DNA from: Blastomonas sp.
GTDB taxonomy: Bacteria > Pseudomonadota > Alphaproteobacteria > Sphingomonadales > Sphingomonadaceae
Direction: 5' to 3'
DNA length: 64,000 nucleotides
Assembly: GCA_041396885.1 (NCBI GenBank)
Contig: JAWKXS010000006.1
Location: forward strand, 60,655-124,654
The translations under genes were made by a program, and so were the position numbers. Position 1 is the first letter of the stretch, and the number at the start of each line of letters is the position of its first letter. Shown here piece by piece: positions 1 through 7,206 of the stretch. The notes under the pieces are model-generated. The model saw only the letters and a list, made by a program, of their open reading frames with translations. It made no database searches and was not told the origin of the DNA.

Positions 1-93
1 GCACCATATGCATGGCGGCTGTTCGGGCGCGCTCAATACCGGTCGCACAGCTGTTCATGAACCGCCTGATAGCAGCAAACGACATGATTGCCA

Positions 94-101
94 GCATATT
101 G
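94..101. repeat. 8-bp direct repeat GCATATTG, left copy of a target-site duplication
   Basis: This octamer directly abuts the left inverted repeat. The identical octamer at 2868-2875 abuts the right inverted repeat. Confidence 0.85.
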
Positions 102-120
102 GGTAGTGGGTCAGTTTGAA
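102..120. repeat. Terminal inverted repeat GGTAGTGGGTCAGTTTGAA at the transposase-distal end
   Basis: It is the perfect 19/19 reverse complement of 2849-2867. It begins GGTAGTG, which fits the GGnnnTG termini of the IS1 family. The transposase stop codon (111-113) lies inside it. Confidence 0.85.
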
Positions 121-1004
121 TTAGATTTCTTTTTGTAGGGTCCGCGCGCCTTCGGTTCGGCCTCTTCCTCGGCCGCTTCGACCAAGGCCACAATATCGCT
201 CACTTCCCAAAGCTTGTCCGACACGCCAGCGGCCATTGCGGGCGACATGCGCAACTTCCCGTGAACGCGGACGAAATTATAATACATCATGTGGAGCGCT
301 ACGGCGTGGGCATGGTTCTCGACTTTCTTGCTAAAGCCGTTTGTCAACCGCGTGAAGCGACGCATGTGCATCCGCATCGTGAGATTGTTGCGCTCGACAT
401 AAGACGTGCTAACATGACCTGCGTCAGGATTGCCTTCCACGCGCCGCTTGCGCGTGCCCGTACATTCAGCAGGACTGTAACGAACCTCGCTCGTTTTGCC
501 GCCCTCTGAGCCGTAGAGCTTAACAAGCTGCGCGTAGTCCACGTCGCAACCAAAAGCGCCCTCAACCGCTTCAAGATAGGCACGGTGCCCGTCGCTGGTT
601 AGCTGTACGCGATTAGCCAAGCGTGCAGCCAGATCGTCCATGAACCACATGGCGTATTCAGCGTCGCGACCGCCAACCAAGTAGGACAGGATCATCTTGC
701 TGTCGGCGTCGATGGCCGTCCAAGTCCAAGTGTCCCCAGCGGCTTCCGGAGCGGACTTAGCGGTCGCGACATTCTTCTGCTTGGCATAGGTGAACGACCA
801 GATTTCATCGACCTGCACGCGCGCCGCTTCGACGTTGCGCACGTTGGCATCGTGATAGGCAGCGCAAGCCTTGCCCGCGTCGATCAGCAGCTTGGCAACA
901 GTGTTCTTGCTAGCACCCGTCAGCCGCGTGATCGCACGGATGCTCTGCCCTTCACAAAGAAGGTGGAGGATGCGGGCGCGATCGTCGTTCGAGAGCCTGT
1001 TCAT
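111..1004 (-). CDS. DDE transposase, IS1-family-like single ORF (IS1595 family is the alternative)
   Basis: The N-terminal HTH is SIRAITRLTGASKNTVAKLL. DDE-region motifs are VDEIWSF, AIDADSK and TSDGHRAY. YVERNNLTMRMHMRRFTRLTNGFSKK resembles the IS1 InsB segment [25 protein letters not shown]. Confidence 0.85.
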   Translation of the reverse strand: MNRLSNDDRARILHLLCEGQSIRAITRLTGASKNTVAKLLIDAGKACAAYHDANVRNVEAARVQVDEIWSFTYAKQKNVATAKSAPEAAGDTWTWTAIDADSKMILSYLVGGRDAEYAMWFMDDLAARLANRVQLTSDGHRAYLEAVEGAFGCDVDYAQLVKLYGSEGGKTSEVRYSPAECTGTRKRRVEGNPDAGHVSTSYVERNNLTMRMHMRRFTRLTNGFSKKVENHAHAVALHMMYYNFVRVHGKLRMSPAMAAGVSDKLWEVSDIVALVEAAEEEAEPKARGPYKKKSNSN

Positions 1005-1011
1005 AGGCCCT

Positions 1012-1041
1012 TTTATAATGACCCTTATGCTTGAGTGTCAA
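1012..1041 (-). promoter_or_regulatory. Putative sigma70-type promoter for the transposase
   Basis: The minus strand reads TTGACA (1041-1036), an 18-nt spacer, then TATAAA (1017-1012), just upstream of the ATG at 1004. Confidence 0.4.
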
Positions 1042-1220
1042 GCACGAAGGGTCAGTTTGGAAACGGCCTCTTCAAAGCCTGCCGCGTAGCGGCGGATCAC
1101 TTCTTCCGCCACCGCGCGGGGATTTGCTCCTACATCACGACGAGGGAAGACCTGAGCGACAATATCGGCATCGCTCACCCTAGCGACTGTGCTTTCTGGT
1201 GCATCTTGCCTCTTGATCAT
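1038..1220 (-). CDS. Hypothetical 60-aa protein, third passenger gene
   Basis: Its ATG overlaps the upstream gene's stop codon as ATGA (1217-1220). I recognise no motif, so coding status is uncertain. Confidence 0.4.
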   Translation of the reverse strand: MIKRQDAPESTVARVSDADIVAQVFPRRDVGANPRAVAEEVIRRYAAGFEEAVSKLTLRA

Positions 1221-2503
1221 CGCCGTTGCTCCGTTGCCAATTTTTGTCGAACAAAAAATCTCCCGTTAAGTTCCGACGGGAAATAATGCTTTCTTTGAAT
1301 CCAGACGAAACCCTCAGATTTGGAGATTACCGCCACATCAACCTCACCGCCGACCGTCTCCTGCATCCTACTGACCTTACGCTTTAAAGACGTAACTTCG
1401 ACTAGCGACGTCGCAAGCGTAGCCAATTCTTGCTTGGGCATGGATCGTATCATATCTCTGATGGGGTTACTAGAGCTTGTTTTAATCTTTTCATCCGCCT
1501 TATCTTTTAAATCTGCGACAATTTTCTTGAGTGTTCCTTCGAACGCATTAATTGCCCTTCCCTTTTCATCATCAGAATTTGTAAATGCACCAAATAGCAT
1601 GTCGGTAGTTGTACGTATTGAAGACTCGATCAGCTCTTCGAAATAATCCCTGAGGTAGGGATCAACTCCATCAAGGAAACTGCGGATCATATCATCCTGG
1701 GCAAAGCCCAAAATTTCAGCTTCCGGGCCAGAGCGCTTGATGTCCACCGCTGGCTCGGCGTGCCATTTCAATTTTCCGTCGATTATCCCATCAGTTTCGA
1801 ACGAAATAAGCGTCGGAAGCATTTCCCTTTGACCAAAACCAGCAATAACAATACCAGTGCGACTTCCGGATAGCTCGTCCTTTGCGAGCAGATAACCAGC
1901 TAGCTTGTGCAAGAGTTCCCTTGTAGCCTTGTTCGGGTAGTGGTGCTCGAAATGACGGTCTATCAATATGTCCACGACACCCGTGTAACCTGTCGGAAGC
2001 ACAACTCTATTGAATCCGTTCGCGAATGAAGCACGCTGTAGCTTGGTGATCTCGGCACGGATCGCAGTCTGTGCCATGCCGTTGATTTTACTTTTGAGGA
2101 ACTTACCATCATCCCGAATGCGACGAATTAGCGCTGACTCGATATCTTGCGACAGTTCGGAAAAGCGATCAGCCAGACAGAAAACAATATTCTTCCTGCT
2201 CTCTTCTTCGGAAAATGTGATTGTCTTCAAATACTCTTTGAAGTGATCGACATACTCCCCAATATAGTCAAATTTCAAATCACCAATTGAACGCCTATAC
2301 TCTTTTATTAGAGGCTCATAAGGCACGCCCATAAAATCTAAGCGGCCATAGACCATTATACCGACCGGCTCGCAGCTACTCAGCTCGAATATTTTATTTA
2401 CTGTATTGTAAATTTTGATGTTCGGCGGTCGACCAATCGTAACAGCGCTATCTGCCGCCAACGCGACAGCCATCTTGTTGAGTATGGCGATCTCGGCTGT
2501 CAT
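1217..2503 (-). CDS. HslV/proteasome-beta-like Ntn-hydrolase family protein, atypically long at 428 aa
   Basis: I start it at ATG 2503, which forms an ATGA overlap with the upstream stop. The product begins M-TAEIAILNKMAVALAADSAVTIG, giving Thr1 and Asp17, with NKIF Lys at 36. GIVIAGFGQREMLPTLISFETDG and VGGEVDVAVISKSEGFVWI resemble proteasome-fold strands. G+C is visibly lower than in the flanks. Confidence 0.6.
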   Translation of the reverse strand: MTAEIAILNKMAVALAADSAVTIGRPPNIKIYNTVNKIFELSSCEPVGIMVYGRLDFMGVPYEPLIKEYRRSIGDLKFDYIGEYVDHFKEYLKTITFSEEESRKNIVFCLADRFSELSQDIESALIRRIRDDGKFLKSKINGMAQTAIRAEITKLQRASFANGFNRVVLPTGYTGVVDILIDRHFEHHYPNKATRELLHKLAGYLLAKDELSGSRTGIVIAGFGQREMLPTLISFETDGIIDGKLKWHAEPAVDIKRSGPEAEILGFAQDDMIRSFLDGVDPYLRDYFEELIESSIRTTTDMLFGAFTNSDDEKGRAINAFEGTLKKIVADLKDKADEKIKTSSSNPIRDMIRSMPKQELATLATSLVEVTSLKRKVSRMQETVGGEVDVAVISKSEGFVWIQRKHYFPSELNGRFFVRQKLATEQRR

Positions 2504-2751
2504 TTTTTCCACCGTTTTTCGGCAGCAGCTCGGGCGATCTCACTACGCCGTTCGGGAGATAGCTTCGCGGCTCGGGCCCGTCCGCCTTTGAGGCCACCCC
2601 TACGCCCGAGCAGTACGGCAGCGAGATCGCGGCCATCCTCGGTAGTGATCCGGTCTTCTATCTCACCAGTCGCAATATCAGCCACCAGCTTCGCAAGCTG
2701 GTTGGCATCGCGTGGACGCGGCAGTCGCTTTGACTCTGACATATTCCCCAT
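2500..2751 (-). CDS. Small basic protein with a KGG/ARAxxLSPERRSEIA C-terminal motif, first passenger gene
   Basis: The C-terminus is LGRRGGLKGGRARAAKLSPERRSEIARAAAEKRWKK. I trimmed the start to the internal ATG (MGNMSESK...) because the longer ORF would begin inside the IR. The start is uncertain; 2742 is an alternative. Confidence 0.55.
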   Translation of the reverse strand: MGNMSESKRLPRPRDANQLAKLVADIATGEIEDRITTEDGRDLAAVLLGRRGGLKGGRARAAKLSPERRSEIARAAAEKRWKK

Positions 2752-2848
2752 ATGCAGGGGAAAATCCCTCATTGCAATGCTTGACCGGACACGCAATTGT
2801 CTGAACTTGGTGAGACGACATGGAACATCATGAGACATCGTGGCTATT

Positions 2849-2867
2849 TTCAAACTGACCCACTACC
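2849..2867. repeat. Terminal inverted repeat TTCAAACTGACCCACTACC at the passenger-proximal end
   Basis: It is the perfect reverse complement of 102-120. Confidence 0.85.
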
Positions 2868-2875
2868 GCATATTG
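2868..2875. repeat. 8-bp direct repeat GCATATTG, right copy of the target-site duplication
   Basis: It is identical to 94-101 and directly abuts the IR. Confidence 0.85.
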
Positions 2876-2905
2876 CCGCCATGCCGCCCGTGCCCGCCCG
2901 GTCTG

Positions 2906-4183
2906 TCAGCCGGGGGTTAGCTCGCTCAGGCCGCCGGTATAGGGCAACAGCGCGTCGGGCACCCGCACCGAACCATCGGCACGCTGGTAGTTCTCGATAA
3001 TGGCAACCAGCGTCCGTCCGATGGCAAGCCCTGAACCATTGAGCGTATGGAGGAATTCCGTGCCTTTAGGCTCGCCTTCGGGGCGATAGCGCGCCTGCAT
3101 CCGCCGGGCCTGGTAATCGCCGCAATTGGAAATGCTCGAAATCTCGCGATAGGCGCCTTGCCCCGGCAGCCACACCTCCAGATCGAATGTCTTGCGAGAC
3201 GCCTGGCCCATATCGCCCGCGCACAGCAGCATCTTGCGATAGGGCAGCCCGAGCGCCTGCAGGATCGCTTCAGCATCGGCCACCATCTTCTGATGCGCAG
3301 CCTCGGACTGGTCGGGCCGTGCAATGGTGACCAGTTCCACCTTTTCAAACTGGTGCTGGCGGATCAGGCCGCGCGTATCGCGCCCCGCCGCTCCTGCCTC
3401 CGAGCGGAAACAGGGGGTCAGCGCCGTCAGCCTGATCGGCAGTTCGTGCGATGCCAGAATCTGCTCGCGCACGGTGTTGGTAAGGCTCACCTCGGAAGTC
3501 GAAATCAGCCAGCGGCCATCGGTCGTCTGAAACAGGTCTTCGGCAAATTTGGGGAGTTGCCCAACGCCGAACACCGCCTCATCGCGTACCAGATAGGGCG
3601 TCGCGCATTCGGTATATCCAGCCGCCACCTGCTGATCGAGCATGAATTGCCCCAGCGCCCGGTTGAGCCGGGCCATTGCCCCGCGCAACAGGGTAAAGCG
3701 TGCGCCGGAGAGCTTTGCCCCGGTCTCGAAATCCATGCCCAGTGCCGGGCCGATATCGGCATGTTCGCGTGGTTCGAAATCAAAACTGCCCGGTTCTCCC
3801 CAGCGCGACACCTCGACATTGCCGGACTCATCCGCGCCATCGGGAACATCCTCCGCCGGCAGGTTAGGCAAGGCCGCCAGCCGGTCGTTCAGTTGCCCGG
3901 CTGCGTTGCCGCTCTTGTCCTCCAGCTCGGCAAGGCTGGTCTTCAGCGTGGCGACTTCGGCCTTCAGCGCCTCTGCACCGTCCTTGTCGCCGCTGGCCAT
4001 CGCCTGCCCGATCAGCTTCGAGGCTTCGTTGCGCCGCGCCTGTGCCTGCTGCATTGCAGTGGCGATTTCGCGCCTTTCCGCATCCAGTGCGATCAACTCA
4101 GCAGATTGCGGCTCCAGCCCCCGGCGCGCCAGTGCGGCATCGAAAGCGGTGGCATTTTCGCGGATGAATTTGATGTCGTGCAT
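2906..4183 (-). CDS. serS: Seryl-tRNA synthetase
   Basis: Full-length 425 aa. It has the N-terminal coiled-coil arm [15 protein letters not shown] and class II core motifs ([33 protein letters not shown]). Confidence 0.95.
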   Translation of the reverse strand: MHDIKFIRENATAFDAALARRGLEPQSAELIALDAERREIATAMQQAQARRNEASKLIGQAMASGDKDGAEALKAEVATLKTSLAELEDKSGNAAGQLNDRLAALPNLPAEDVPDGADESGNVEVSRWGEPGSFDFEPREHADIGPALGMDFETGAKLSGARFTLLRGAMARLNRALGQFMLDQQVAAGYTECATPYLVRDEAVFGVGQLPKFAEDLFQTTDGRWLISTSEVSLTNTVREQILASHELPIRLTALTPCFRSEAGAAGRDTRGLIRQHQFEKVELVTIARPDQSEAAHQKMVADAEAILQALGLPYRKMLLCAGDMGQASRKTFDLEVWLPGQGAYREISSISNCGDYQARRMQARYRPEGEPKGTEFLHTLNGSGLAIGRTLVAIIENYQRADGSVRVPDALLPYTGGLSELTPG

Positions 4184-4239
4184 GGCCGAGCGCTATGCCG
4201 CGACCGACCGCTGCCTGCAAGTATCGGCTGATGTCCGGA

Positions 4240-4277
4240 CAAAAATAAAGGGCGACGTGGGTTGAACGCCGCCCTTT
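4240..4277 (-). terminator. Rho-independent terminator after the Ser-rich protein gene
   Basis: The minus strand reads AAAGGGCGGCG-ttcaaccca-CGTCGCCCTTT, an 11-bp stem with one G-U pair. It is followed by ATTTTTGT. Confidence 0.65.
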
Positions 4278-4324
4278 CAGTGTGGCCGGATACGGAGGTT
4301 CCGGCCCTGTTATTGGCAATGCTG

Positions 4325-5815
4325 TTATGTGACGTCTTCGCCCTGCTTTTTCTTGGCGAGGCGACGGCGCGCGGCCAGGGCTGCTGCACCAGCGCCGAAC
4401 AGCAGGACGATCGGCGGTGCCGGAACCGGGGTGCCGCCCGACGATCCGGTGCTGCCGCCGCCGGTGGAGCCGGTCGAGCCGCCGCTGCTGGACGAGGAGC
4501 CGCTGGACGAGCTGCTGCTCGAGGAACTGCTAGACGAAGAGCTGGAACCGCTCGAACCGCTGCTGCCGGTCGAGGTGCTGCCAAAGCTCGACGAACCGGT
4601 TGCGCCCGAAGAGGTCGCGCCAGAGGACGTGCCGCCCGACGATCCGCTGCTCGACGAAGACGAAGAGCTGGAAGAACTGGACGAGCTTGAAGACGATCCC
4701 GAAGAACCACTCGACCCCGACGAACCGCTGGAACCACTCGATCCGCTGGAACCCGACGAACCGCTCGATCCGGTGGAACCGGTCGAGCCATAGCTGGAGG
4801 AGCCGTAGCTGCTCGAACCATAGCTCGACGAGCCATAGCTGCTCGATCCGTAGCTGCTCGATCCGTAGCTGGAGGAACCATAGCTCGATGATCCATGGCT
4901 GCTGGAGCCATGGCCGGGCTTTCCGGGCCTGCCGCCGTTGGAACCGCCATTCGATCCGCCGCTGCTGCCCGATGAGGACGAGCTGGAGCTGGACGAACTG
5001 GAAGAGGAGGACGAGCTGGACGAACTGCTCGACGAGGATGACGAAACATTGCCCGATGACGTTGAGACGTTGCCCGACGAAGAGGAGACGTTACCCGAAG
5101 ACGACGAGACATTGCCCGAGGAGGTGCTGACACCGCCGGTCGAGGTCGAAACGCCACCCGTTGATGTGCTCACGCCACCCGTCGAGGTGGAAACGCCGCC
5201 CGTGGAGGTCGAAGTCGAAACGCCGCCGGTCGAGGTGCTGACCCCGCCCGATGTGCTCGACGTGCTCGAAGAACCGCCGGTCGATGTGCTGGAAAAGCCG
5301 CCGGTCGAGGTGCTGGACGAACCGCCCGTGCTGCTGAAACCGCCGGTCGAAGTGCTGGTCGAGCCGGTGCTGGTGGACGAAATAACCACGCTGCCGCCGC
5401 TGCTGCCGCCACCGCCGAAGAAACCGCCAAAGAAGCCGCCTCCGAAACCGCCGCCAAAGCCGCCGCTACCGCCAACGACAACGGGGATCGATCCGCCGGA
5501 TACAAAGCCCTGGGGCTGTGGTGCCGGGGGAAGCGGGGGCGGAAGCGGGATGGGAATCGGTGCAGCCTGCGTGGCGACCGTCACCACCGATGGGGTGCAG
5601 GTCGACGTCGTGGTCGTGCGGACTACCTTGCGGACACGCTTCACCTTACGGGCGGGCTCGCCCCGGGCGATCTGCCTGCCGCGAACCTTGGTCTTCGATT
5701 TCTGGACCGAAACCTGGGCGGGCGGGGTATCTGCAACATGAACCGCGCCGCCGCCAATCAGGGCGCCGCCGCAGGTGCAGGCACAAAGTTTCGCCAGAGC
5801 CATCCGTACTGACAT
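4325..5815 (-). CDS. Ser/Gly/Thr-rich low-complexity repeat protein with a PEP-CTERM-like C-terminal anchor
   Basis: 496 aa. It has a hydrophobic N-terminus, a basic block, a Pro-rich linker and a GGF block. Repeat units are GGVSTST, SGNVSSS and GSSSY. The C-terminus is VPAPPIVLLFGAGAAALAARRRLAKKK. Confidence 0.7.
   Translation of the reverse strand: MSVRMALAKLCACTCGGALIGGGAVHVADTPPAQVSVQKSKTKVRGRQIARGEPARKVKRVRKVVRTTTTSTCTPSVVTVATQAAPIPIPLPPPLPPAPQPQGFVSGGSIPVVVGGSGGFGGGFGGGFFGGFFGGGGSSGGSVVISSTSTGSTSTSTGGFSSTGGSSSTSTGGFSSTSTGGSSSTSSTSGGVSTSTGGVSTSTSTGGVSTSTGGVSTSTGGVSTSTGGVSTSSGNVSSSSGNVSSSSGNVSTSSGNVSSSSSSSSSSSSSSSSSSSSSSSSSGSSGGSNGGSNGGRPGKPGHGSSSHGSSSYGSSSYGSSSYGSSSYGSSSYGSSSYGSSSYGSTGSTGSSGSSGSSGSSGSSGSSGSSGSSGSSSSSSSSSSSSSSSSSGSSGGTSSGATSSGATGSSSFGSTSTGSSGSSGSSSSSSSSSSSSSSSGSSSSSGGSTGSTGGGSTGSSGGTPVPAPPIVLLFGAGAAALAARRRLAKKKQGEDVT
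4410..5530 (-). repeat. In-frame coding tandem repeats with 9-, 15- and 21-bp periods plus poly-Ser tracts
   Basis: A 15-bp unit (GSSSY/H) is repeated about 9 times around 4788-4912. 21-bp units lie around 5040-5260 and a 9-bp GSS unit around 4690-4785. Ser codon usage is mixed. Confidence 0.8.
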
Positions 5816-6240
5816 AATCCGATACTCTCTTCAGCCTTGGGAAGCCGTGGAGCTTGTCGGATCAAGTCCTTTTGCCCGCTCCACTCACTTCCGGATATGG
5901 CCAACAAGGCAGAAGAAATCGTTAATCTCAATCACGTTAACCCTGTTTCCAGCCGCCTCCATACGGAAAGTTACGCATATCCGGGCCGTGTCTGGGTTAA
6001 TGTCCCGATTTGGAACCGAATTGGGGCAGGAATGTTAACGATGGGGCCTCCTGGCCCGCACCCATGCCTTCCAGATGCGCAATTCGCTTCAGCAATAGCG
6101 CTTCAGTGAAAAAGCAAGCACAAAATTTGCGCTTTCCCGCAGTATTGCAACTTGTATGCGCAACTTAGCATGGCTATAGGCCGCCGCAATCACGGCCTGT
6201 TCTGAAGCATATCGGACCTGCCGTCTTGAATTCGGAGAGC

Positions 6241-6708
6241 ATGATGGCGTCCCTTCCGACGGCTGAATCCAATATAGACGTGCTGGACAAGGCACGTCGC
6301 GCGCTCGAAACCGATTACACCCCTTCCGCTGACGAGGAATATATGAATTCCCGGCAGCTGGACTATTTCCGCGACCTGCTTGTAGAATGGAAGCGCTCCA
6401 TCCTGAGTGCATCCAGAGGCACGTTGCAGCAGTTGCAGGATGGTCCGATGCGCGAGCCCGATCTCAATGATCGTGCGTCGAGCGAAACGGACTGGGGAAT
6501 CGAGCTGCGTACCCGCGACCGGCAGCGCAAGCTGATCACCAAGATCGATTCCGCCCTGCGGCGCATCGATGAGGGCGAATATGGCTATTGCGAGGTTACC
6601 GGCGAGCCCATCGGGCTGGGTCGTTTGATCGCGCGTCCGATCGCGACGATGACGGTCGAGGCGCAGGAACAGCATGAGCGCCGCGAAAAGGTTTCCCGCG
6701 ACGATTGA
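6241..6708 (+). CDS. dksA: RNA polymerase-binding transcription factor DksA
   Basis: It has the DxxDxA tip (DLNDRA) and the motif GEYGYCEVTGEPIGLGRLIARPIATMTVEAQ. I placed the start at the ATG after GGAGAG rather than the TTG at 6226. Confidence 0.9.
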   Translation: MMASLPTAESNIDVLDKARRALETDYTPSADEEYMNSRQLDYFRDLLVEWKRSILSASRGTLQQLQDGPMREPDLNDRASSETDWGIELRTRDRQRKLITKIDSALRRIDEGEYGYCEVTGEPIGLGRLIARPIATMTVEAQEQHERREKVSRDD

Positions 6709-6804
6709 ACCGCTCGCTTCGGCTTGCCGGTTAACCATTTGGCGACACTTCGCTTCTATACCATCAGCCTGATCTGATCACGGGCTGTATGGATCTTTTT
6801 TGAC

Positions 6805-7194
6805 ATGATTGAACCGGACAAACTGACCGGAACACCATTGGATGACGCGGATGCGGGCAATCGTGCGCGGGAGCGCGACAGCCTGTTCCTGCTCACCGAA
6901 ATCTCGCTGGATGGTGACAGCCAGACGTACAAGGCGCGCGTCCGCAATCTTTCCGAAGGCGGCATGATGGTCGAATGCGACATGCACGCCGCAAAGGATC
7001 AGGGCCTGTCAGCCGATCTTCGCAACATCGGCAATGTCAGGGGCCGGATCGCCTGGGCCAAGCCCGGCCGCTTCGGCATCGCCTTTGACACGCCCATCGA
7101 TCCCAAGCTGGCGCGCAAGCCGGTGACCGGTGGCCAGCATGAACCGCGCTATACGCGAACGATCATTACCGGTCGCACGTACCGCCCGCGCTGA
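6805..7194 (+). CDS. PilZ domain protein
   Basis: RxxxR (RARER) and D/NxSxxG (NLSEGG) motifs are at typical spacing. Confidence 0.8.
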   Translation: MIEPDKLTGTPLDDADAGNRARERDSLFLLTEISLDGDSQTYKARVRNLSEGGMMVECDMHAAKDQGLSADLRNIGNVRGRIAWAKPGRFGIAFDTPIDPKLARKPVTGGQHEPRYTRTIITGRTYRPR

Positions 7195-7206
7195 TCGCAG
7201 CTCAGG

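Larger units (their letters stand above)
102..2867 (-). mobile_element. 2,766-bp IS1-family-like transposable element carrying three passenger genes
   Basis: It has perfect 19-bp IRs, an 8-bp flanking direct repeat and a DDE transposase at one end. Three co-oriented passenger ORFs lie between the other IR and the transposase promoter. Confidence 0.8.

Noticed and set aside
1-85. A possible 5' end of a minus-strand gene (MSFAAIRRFMNSCATGIERART...) running off the left edge.
   Set aside because: Only 28 codons are visible, with no recognisable motif or clear ribosome-binding site. That is not enough to call a feature.
1035-1286. An 83-aa plus-strand ORF inside the IS element.
   Set aside because: It is antisense to the ATGA-coupled minus-strand ORFs, and its Cys/Arg-rich translation has no motif.
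3047-4231. A 394-aa plus-strand ORF antisense to serS. Similar long antisense ORFs occur at 15902-16942, 39866-41215, 42405-43631, 46043-47533 and 47130-48374.
   Set aside because: They lie opposite genes with unmistakable conserved motifs. Their translations are Arg/Ala/Gly/Pro-rich with no recognisable motifs. This is the usual stop-poor antisense frame of high-GC DNA.
4690-5260. Regularly spaced short repeats that could be mistaken for a CRISPR array.
   Set aside because: The periods are 9, 15 and 21 bp with no unique spacers. They are in frame inside a CDS, and no cas genes are present.
4093-5741. Alternative-frame and opposite-strand ORFs across the Ser-rich gene: a 354-aa Ala/Arg/Pro-rich ORF, and acidic Asp/Glu/Leu/Pro-rich ORFs at 4329-4793 and 4938-5741.
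   Set aside because: Low-complexity repeats keep every frame open. Only the 4325-5815 minus frame has a hydrophobic N-terminus, a PEP-CTERM-like end and a downstream terminator.
5922-5941. TTAA...TTAA motifs in the 410-bp gap upstream of dksA, considered as a CtrA box. More GTTAA/GTTAAC copies lie nearby.
   Set aside because: The spacing is TTAA-N11-TTAA, not the TTAA-N7-TTAAC consensus. I saw no other support.
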